From NCBI GenBank assembly GCA_031367385.1, contig JANLPS010000317.1:1-12238 (forward strand): a stretch of 12,238 nt of DNA. The letters are read 5' to 3'. Within the stretch, counting starts at the first letter, position 1, and each line of letters begins with the position of its first letter. Origin of the DNA: Archangium sp. (lineage in GTDB: Bacteria > Myxococcota > Myxococcia > Myxococcales > Myxococcaceae). The notes below the pieces were generated by a model. It ran no database searches, was not told the DNA's origin, and saw nothing but the letters and a program-made list of their open reading frames with translations. The translations under genes were made by a program, and so were the position numbers. Below, one piece after another: positions 6,598 through 12,238 of the stretch.

Positions 6598-9093
6598 TCA
6601 TTTCGATGCGGGAGCGAACTCGAGGATCTCGACCGGGCGCTCGCGCCGCTTGACCTGAAAATCGATGCCTCCCACTTCTTCGCCTGGCTTCACTTTTACC
6701 TCGTGCGCCCCAGTGATCACCTCGAACTCGTCGCCGAGCGTTTTCTCGTCGAGAACCACGGTGTGTTGGCCGAGGGCCAGGTCGCCGATCACGAACTCGC
6801 CGCTGGTGTCGGTCAAGGTGTCCTTTCCACTCCCAGTCAGTACGCGCGCATCCGACACTCCCTCGTCGGCGTCGTCACGCACGCCGTTGCCGTTGGTGTC
6901 GACGAAGACCGCCCCACGCAGCCGCCCCGTACGCACCAGCCGGTATTCGATCACCGACTCACGCCCCTGTTTCAAGGTGAGTGTCATCTGCGGGTCTCCG
7001 AGAATGGTGAGATCTGCGCGAATCGACGTGAGCTCGAGCAGCACGCCGTGGTTGCCCGACTTGAGCTGCCGAATCTCGAAGAGGCCGTTGCGATCGGTCA
7101 CCGCGAAGTAACTGCCGTCGACGAGAATGCGAACCTCGGGTTGGGCGGCATCGACCCTCGGGTCGTATTTGCCGTCGCCGTCGACGTCTTGATAGACGCG
7201 GCCGGTCAACACCCCGGCCAGATCCAGCTGGTCTGCTGGAGTGCTCCCCAGCGGCGTGTACCCGCCCCCGGTCCACAGCGGGCCTCGGAGATCGACCAGG
7301 AGCTGTGGCCCAGCCGCGGACATGGTGAACGAGACCGAAAGCAGCTGGTTGAAGGGCAGCAGCACCGTCGCTGCGATGCGGGCAATGAAGAGAAGCGAGC
7401 CAGCAGACCGCGCGTAGCCCGCGCCGATCGAGCCGCTCAACCGGTCGGTGAAGAGCCGCGTCGCGACCAGATCGAGCGAACCAGACTGAGAGTCTTTGAA
7501 GGAGAACGACTGAAGCGCCTGCAGCCGTACGTGCTCGGTGAGGTTCAGGCGCCCGCCAAGACTGATGAGGTGGTTTTCGGAGATCCGTTCGGTCGCGGTT
7601 CTCGAGTAAATCGCCTCGGCGCCCCAGTTCTTGAATTGTTTGGTGACGTCGATCAGCGTGAAGGCGGTCGAGCCGATGGCCTGGTGCACTCCCTGGCTGT
7701 GGCTGAGCAGCACGCTCGGCCAGTTGCCGCTCGGAGTGACCGACACCGTTCCCGTCACCGAGGCGTCCATCAACACGGTCAGCGTCGGGTCGTAGATCAG
7801 CTGGCCGTTGAGCGATGTCGACAGCCAATCGTACGGTCTGAAGTAGCCGCCGGTGGCGAAGAGGTTCATCGGCCGAAGCGACCCGGTCTGCTGGGCGCTG
7901 ATGAAATTCTCTCCGATGTGGGTGACCCGCGCGAGAAGGGTGAGCCGCCGGTTGGGAGTGAACGAGTCGCTCGCGTCGATGACCTCGGCGAGGCCTGAGA
8001 CGTACTTTCCATTCGCCTGGAGGCCGCGAAAGGCGCCGAGGCCGACATCGACCTGTGCCTGGTTGAGGTCAGACCGATAGCCGACACGGCCGGTCACCAG
8101 GCCGCCCTCGCGGTCAGGGCCGTTGATGTACATTCCTCCGACGTTGGTGACGAGGCGGTACTTCGACAGGTCTTGGGCGAGGGTGAAGTCGGTGCCGACC
8201 ACCACGGTATTGAATGAGAGGTTCGACCTGCTCGTGGCGTCGAGGTGAATGACGTCTGAACGGCTGAGCCCGGTGAACATCTCGAGCCGGCCACCGCCGA
8301 CGGGGCTGCTGAGCGAGCCGCCCCGCAGCTGCGCAGACAGAAACTCGAGGCCACCCCCGGGGTTGAAGTCACCGAGCACGACCCGAAATCCATCGCGACC
8401 CTCGTACGCGACTCTCCCGTAGCGAAAGTCGCCGACCGCATCTCCGGGTGATCTCGAGAAGTTGGCAGAGAGATCGAACAGCCCGTCTCCGAGCCGCCCT
8501 GCGCCACCCAGCTGCAGATTGTGGTTCACCGCCGCGTTCACCACGCTCAGGTGGTACCCGTAGTCGGCTCGGTTGAGCTCCACCACACTGTTCGGCCGGT
8601 CGAACATCTTCACGGTCTGGCGGCCGGTGTTGACTTGAACGTCGAGTGCCCCGGCAATCACTGAGACGTCGAGGAGCGGAGCGATGATCTCGGCGGGGAG
8701 CATCAAATCTGCTGGTCCGGTGCCGAAGAGCACCTCGCCCATGCGGGTCGCGACCAGAACGACCACCTGATCTTCGGTGACCTCCCCGGTCTTTGCGTCC
8801 CATGACGCGGAGATGCCCGACGCGCGCTGCACCGTGACCCGGCGAGCCTGCGCGTCGACCGTCACGGCCATCGTCAAACGGGCGGCGAGGTCGGCCAGGG
8901 GTATGAACAGCGTGCCGCCGCGGCGCTCGGCGAAGCTGCGCGTACCAATCAACGGCGTGCCGTCGACGAGAATTGGGAAGGTCGTCGGGCGTGGCGCGTC
9001 GACCGCGCCCGCATCTGACGCGGCGCCCAGTGCGATCAAGAGCACGAAAATCACCGCTGACCTGGTGCCGAAGGGAGCGCCACGAATACCCAC
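6598..9093 (-). CDS. Outer-membrane usher-like protein: N-terminal copper-amine-oxidase-N (stalk)-like domain, predicted beta-barrel, two C-terminal SdrD-B-like repeats, 831 aa
   Basis: Signal-peptide-like N-terminus. ILVDG...GTLFIPLADLAARL..AVTVD resembles the Cu_amine_oxidN1 pattern. About 430 aa of amphipathic Gly/aromatic-rich strands follow. Two repeats GRVYQDVDGDGKYD...TDRNGLF and GAVFVDTNGNGVRD...TDTSGEF. It is the first gene of an operon with pilin-like subunits and a chaperone. Confidence 0.75.
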   Translation of the reverse strand: MGIRGAPFGTRSAVIFVLLIALGAASDAGAVDAPRPTTFPILVDGTPLIGTRSFAERRGGTLFIPLADLAARLTMAVTVDAQARRVTVQRASGISASWDAKTGEVTEDQVVVLVATRMGEVLFGTGPADLMLPAEIIAPLLDVSVIAGALDVQVNTGRQTVKMFDRPNSVVELNRADYGYHLSVVNAAVNHNLQLGGAGRLGDGLFDLSANFSRSPGDAVGDFRYGRVAYEGRDGFRVVLGDFNPGGGLEFLSAQLRGGSLSSPVGGGRLEMFTGLSRSDVIHLDATSRSNLSFNTVVVGTDFTLAQDLSKYRLVTNVGGMYINGPDREGGLVTGRVGYRSDLNQAQVDVGLGAFRGLQANGKYVSGLAEVIDASDSFTPNRRLTLLARVTHIGENFISAQQTGSLRPMNLFATGGYFRPYDWLSTSLNGQLIYDPTLTVLMDASVTGTVSVTPSGNWPSVLLSHSQGVHQAIGSTAFTLIDVTKQFKNWGAEAIYSRTATERISENHLISLGGRLNLTEHVRLQALQSFSFKDSQSGSLDLVATRLFTDRLSGSIGAGYARSAGSLLFIARIAATVLLPFNQLLSVSFTMSAAGPQLLVDLRGPLWTGGGYTPLGSTPADQLDLAGVLTGRVYQDVDGDGKYDPRVDAAQPEVRILVDGSYFAVTDRNGLFEIRQLKSGNHGVLLELTSIRADLTILGDPQMTLTLKQGRESVIEYRLVRTGRLRGAVFVDTNGNGVRDDADEGVSDARVLTGSGKDTLTDTSGEFVIGDLALGQHTVVLDEKTLGDEFEVITGAHEVKVKPGEEVGGIDFQVKRRERPVEILEFAPASK

Positions 9094-9140
9094 CTCGACG
9101 CTAGCCTCGTGGCGTTTCGAGGCCGCAGCATTTTTTAAAC

Positions 9141-9162
9141 CCTACACCGCGCGACCTGTAGG
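9141..9162. promoter_or_regulatory. Inverted repeat CCTACA-N10-TGTAGG in the divergent intergenic region (candidate operator)
   Basis: Perfect 6-bp arms at 9141-9146 and 9157-9162, extendable imperfectly by AAAC/GTTT. It lies next to an AT tract (ATTTTTTAAA, 9130-9139) in otherwise GC-rich DNA. Confidence 0.4.
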
Positions 9163-9231
9163 CGTTTGGCAGCAGGCCGGCGCGGCTGTCGGAGTTCCGC
9201 GCTCGAACAGATGCAGTACAGTCTCGACAGC

Positions 9232-9927
9232 ATGACCCACCGAAATGCTACCTCACGCCTGATTGGGCTCGCTGTGGCGGGCTGGGCGCTGGTCGCCTCC
9301 GCCCAGGCGTCGCCCCCGTCAGGAGCAGGAGTCGTTCGTATCATCGGGCGGGTGCCGCAGATTCTCGCGCTCCAGTTTCACAGCCAGCTGCTGGTCGGTG
9401 AAGGCGTCGCCGGCACCCAGTCAGCCTCGAGCCTCAATTACACGCTCGACGTCGGCGCGGTCGTGCCGGGGCAAGACCCAACGGCCAGCGCGTTTCGCGG
9501 CGGCACGGTGACTCTGATTCTTCGCGCCAACACGAGTTACCTGCTCACCGCCACGGTCACCGGGAGCGGCTTCGTGCCATCGCCCGACTACATTCAGCTC
9601 AGCGACATCGGCTTCGGGATTCTCCAGTCGGGAATCGTCCCCTCGGGGCCGCTCGGAATCAAGACCAACGCGTCGCTGCTCCCCGCGTTCGACAGCGACC
9701 CGTTCACCGCGCCCATCGCTGACGGAGTGCCCGCCTTCCGAGCCACGCTCAAGGACATCTCGAACGGCATGCCGCTCCTCGGGGGAGGGCCCATCTCCCG
9801 CCGCGGGTCGGCGATTGCCTCGACCAACGGGCTGCTCGTGCCCACGAAATACGCGGTCTACCCGCAGCTATTTCACGCGCAAGAGGCCTTCTCTGCCACC
9901 GTGACGTACACGCTGACGGCGCCGTAA
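9232..9927 (+). CDS. Secreted pilin-like subunit E (divergently transcribed), about 231 aa
   Basis: ATG 9232 gives the signal peptide MTHRNATSRLIGLAVAGWALVASAQA; ATG 9211 is an alternative start. Motifs GVVRIIGRV, YTLDVG, GGTVTLILRANTSY, LSDIGFGI, GPISRRG, VYPQLF, TVTYTLTAP. Confidence 0.88.
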   Translation: MTHRNATSRLIGLAVAGWALVASAQASPPSGAGVVRIIGRVPQILALQFHSQLLVGEGVAGTQSASSLNYTLDVGAVVPGQDPTASAFRGGTVTLILRANTSYLLTATVTGSGFVPSPDYIQLSDIGFGILQSGIVPSGPLGIKTNASLLPAFDSDPFTAPIADGVPAFRATLKDISNGMPLLGGGPISRRGSAIASTNGLLVPTKYAVYPQLFHAQEAFSATVTYTLTAP

Positions 9928-10018
9928 ATCGCGCTTTGGCGGGTGGCGGTCGGCTCAGTCGTCACGTCAGACCCGGCCCCCCTGCCCGCAACTCCTCTTA
10001 GATTCAACCAATGGCCCG

Positions 10019-10034
10019 CGGCACGGCCGTTGCG
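10019..10034 (+). promoter_or_regulatory. Sigma-54 (-24/-12) promoter upstream of subunit F
   Basis: CGGCACGGCCGTTGCG against consensus TGGCACG-N4-TTGCW, with exact GG-N10-GC spacing (GG 10020-10021, GC 10032-10033). It sits about 35 nt before the start codon and upstream of SD AGGAG. Confidence 0.65.
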
Positions 10035-10067
10035 AAGTGACACCACGACTCTGGCAAGGAGCTCCTG

Positions 10068-10757
10068 GTGTCTTCACTGCTCGTCGTTCTCAGCTCAGTT
10101 CTCTTGGCAAGTGCCTCGACGCTCACTTCGGCGCCCACGCCCGCTGGGAGCGCCGCGACGGTCACGATTCGCGGTCACGTGTCTGCGGTGTTGTCGCTGA
10201 AATTCGTCACCCACCAGACGTACGGTGGAAACGTCATCGCCACGTCGAACCAACCGGGAGACTCCGCCTTCGGTTACACGCTCGACGTGGGTGACCTGGG
10301 CGAGGCAGCAATCAAGAACCAGCCGCTCGTCGGCGGAAGCGTGACGATGATTCTGCGAACGAATACGCCGTACGTGCTCTGGGCTGAAGCGAAAGAGACG
10401 GGGTTTCGGCCTGAGCCCGAGTACCTCCAACTGCGAGACATCGGCTTCGGCGTTCCTTCGAGCGAGATTTTGACTTCAGGGGCACTGGCCAGCAGCTCCA
10501 ACACCAAGCTGCTGGCAGCGCTCGACAGTGACGTCTTCGGGGTCGGCGCATCGGCCGCCGCGCCGTTTTCGGCCTCGCTCGCCACGCTGGTCGGCGGCGC
10601 TCCAATTCTGCGGGGCGAAACCATCTCACACCGCGGCACGCTCAACTCGGTGGCGAACGGGCTGCTGGTCACGACGAACTACGCGGTTCGGCCTCAGCTG
10701 TACCGGAGCCAGGACCAATTCAGCGTCGCGGTCACGTACACCCTTGCGTCGCCGTGA
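10068..10757 (+). CDS. Secreted pilin-like subunit F, 229 aa
   Basis: SD AAGGAG before GTG 10068. Hydrophobic N-terminus. Motifs ATVTIRGHVS, YTLDVGDL, GGSVTMILRTNTPY, LRDIGFGV, GETISHRG, VRPQLY, AVTYTLASP. Confidence 0.88.
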   Translation: MSSLLVVLSSVLLASASTLTSAPTPAGSAATVTIRGHVSAVLSLKFVTHQTYGGNVIATSNQPGDSAFGYTLDVGDLGEAAIKNQPLVGGSVTMILRTNTPYVLWAEAKETGFRPEPEYLQLRDIGFGVPSSEILTSGALASSSNTKLLAALDSDVFGVGASAAAPFSASLATLVGGAPILRGETISHRGTLNSVANGLLVTTNYAVRPQLYRSQDQFSVAVTYTLASP

Positions 10758-11355
10758 GTGGACCAGACGAGGTGCCCGGCTGCGGGCGGAGAACGAGGCG
10801 CTTCGCGCCGCGAGCGATGCAGCGGTGGCGCAGCGACTGTCGCTCTTCGTGCTGCTGGATACGCTGGGCTGGTTCGCAGCCCAGGCTGTTCGCGGGCGAA
10901 AGCCCAAACGGCTCAGGGGCAGACCTCCATCGCCGTGGTCTCCACGCCGCCGGTGCCGTCGAGCGCAAGCGCTTCATGTTGGAGCTCTCGCATGTGGGCG
11001 AGTGTTGCGCGCGGCGACAAACATGTCGTGCCGTGCGGCGATGTGCCTCGAACTCGGAGGGGAAACTCCGAGCGAGAAGACCGTTCGCGACTTCGAGAAG
11101 TTTCTCAAGGAACGCCACGGCAGCTCCCAAGTGCCGCGGTATCTGCTCCTTCACGAGCACATCGTCCGTGCATGCCTGAGTGCTGTCGTAGGCAGCGCGC
11201 GTCCTCCGAGCTGGGCGACCGACAGCACACCAAGCCAATGTGGTGCTACGGCGCGGTGCGCGACACGGTGCGCCTGCTCGGCGATGGCCTTCGAAGCCTC
11301 GCGGGGCTTTGGGCGAGCGCGACGAGAAGCACCGTCGCTGAAGGCGCGTAACTGA
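10754..11355 (+). pseudogene. Frameshifted, truncated IS1182/IS5-like DDE transposase
   Basis: Joining frames gives ..RLRAENEALRA..RGRPPSP..RAATNMSCRAAMCLELGGETPSEKTVRDFEKFL..WATDSTP/MWCYGAVRDTVRLLGDGLR. This contains the GRP motif, a P..KT..DF helix as in the DUF772-type N-terminal domain, and a first catalytic Asp in DST. Several frameshifts are needed and the rest of the DDE core is missing. Confidence 0.65.
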
Positions 11356-11643
11356 CGGCATCGTACGTGCCAGCGACGCTTGGGGGCTGCGGCGGCGAAC
11401 CGCTTTGTCGTCGACGATTGCACTCGCCGCGAAGTGCCTCTGTCATGAGATCGCCGACAGCCCCTTACTCGTCACTCGCATGTCGCGAGCATGAGGCCCC
11501 ACCATCAATTCTTGCCAGCTTCAGATCGCAGCTATTCTCGTGTTCACGCCGAGGTCGAATCTCAGGGCGCAGGTGCGCCGAAGTGGGCTACGAGCGTGAG
11601 ATGTCGCCTGAACATAAAATTCTGTTTCGTGCAGAATGACCTC

Positions 11644-12238
11644 GTGACTTCATCTCGACAGCGCGCTCGTGCACAACGAGGCTTCTCAATGCTCGAGATG
11701 GTGGTCGTTCTCGCGATCATTTCAATCGTTGCAGCGACGGCTATCGCGACTCTCGGTAACTTGAAGGGTCGCGTGAGCTTCACGTCTGCGTCGACCGAAG
11801 TCGTCAGCGGTCTTCGACTCGCGCGCGTGACCGCGTTGGGTCGGGCGACGCCGACGGCGTTCATGCTCGATTCCGTCGGCGGCCGCTGGTGGGCGGTCGA
11901 AGCTCCCGTCGGCCTGAGCGTCACCACCTTCAACCCGAGCGCTCCCGGCACGGTGATCTCGTCGGGAGTGCTGCCAACTGGGATCAGCTTCGGCCCCCCG
12001 GCGGGGTACGGTCGGGCCCTGAGCGCTCCGTTGAGCGGCGTACCCATTCTGCCAGCCCAGTCGCCGAGCCTGCCCTACTGCAGCTTTTGCGTGTCTTCTG
12101 GCATGGGCATGATTCGCTTCGAGCCCGGAGCGCGAGCCACGTTTAGCGCGGGCCCCGACGCCGTCGGGCAACAATTCACCTTGACTGGGCTTCTCAATGG
12201 CGTGCGTCGCACAATGGTGGTCGCAATCGTTGGCCGAA
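11644..12238 (+). CDS. Type IV minor pilin / pseudopilin, FimU/FimT/GspH-like (partial, runs off the window)
   Basis: Frame +1 is open to the end of the window. Class III signal RARAQRG|FSMLEMVVVLAIISIVAATAI with Glu at +5 (G 11680-11682). EVVSGLRLARVTALGR helix and a YCSFC motif follow. Start is GTG 11644 or 11629. Not listed in the ORF track because no stop falls in the window. Confidence 0.9.
   Translation, partial: MTSSRQRARAQRGFSMLEMVVVLAIISIVAATAIATLGNLKGRVSFTSASTEVVSGLRLARVTALGRATPTAFMLDSVGGRWWAVEAPVGLSVTTFNPSAPGTVISSGVLPTGISFGPPAGYGRALSAPLSGVPILPAQSPSLPYCSFCVSSGMGMIRFEPGARATFSAGPDAVGQQFTLTGLLNGVRRTMVVAIVGR

Noticed and set aside
9166..9182. GG-N10-GC spacing in TTGGCAGCAGGCCGGCG upstream of subunit E, and a similar one on the minus strand near 6505-6521
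   Set aside because: Both lack the TTGC -12 box, and such spacing is expected by chance in GC-rich DNA.
11356..11643. ORF 11367-11639 and the intergenic region before the pilin gene
   Set aside because: The translation has no recognisable features and there is no SD. It is probably IS debris plus promoter DNA; TAAAAT at 11615-11620 has no convincing -35.
158..12174. Many long overlapping ORFs (e.g. 158-1030 -, 658-1335 +, 6703-7998 +, 6959-7828 -, 11562-12047 -)
   Set aside because: They are Arg/Pro/Ala-rich shadow frames of high-GC genes, overlap better-supported CDSs and carry no motifs or signal peptides.
1..12238. CRISPR array, tRNA, rRNA or structured ncRNA
   Set aside because: No regularly spaced direct repeats or recognisable RNA gene motifs were seen. 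The only repeats are coding DAG units and protein-level paralogy.

Overview
GC-rich window, probably from Myxococcota: it has a MYXO-CTERM-like tail, DAG linkers and a CSFC-type FimU-like pilin. It is dominated by surface-structure genes. The core (2672-10757) is an atypical chaperone/usher-like fimbrial locus. A minus-strand operon encodes an 831-aa outer-membrane usher-like protein, four paralogous secreted ~225-aa subunits and a PapD/DUF916-like chaperone. Two further paralogous subunits are transcribed divergently, one of them behind a good sigma-54 promoter match. All six subunits share RxN..Y, DxGFG and PQxF motifs, and five end in V-T-[YFW]-T-x-x-x-P. They do not look like classical FimA, CsuA/B or spore-coat-U pilins. 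To the left is a Cys-rich, secreted beta-helix protein with a MYXO-CTERM-like anchor, flanked by probable ISKra4-type transposase remnants. To the right are a frameshifted IS1182/IS5-like transposase relic and the 5' part of a type IV minor pilin (FimU/FimT-like) gene that runs off the window. All family assignments come from motif recognition by eye; no searches were run.
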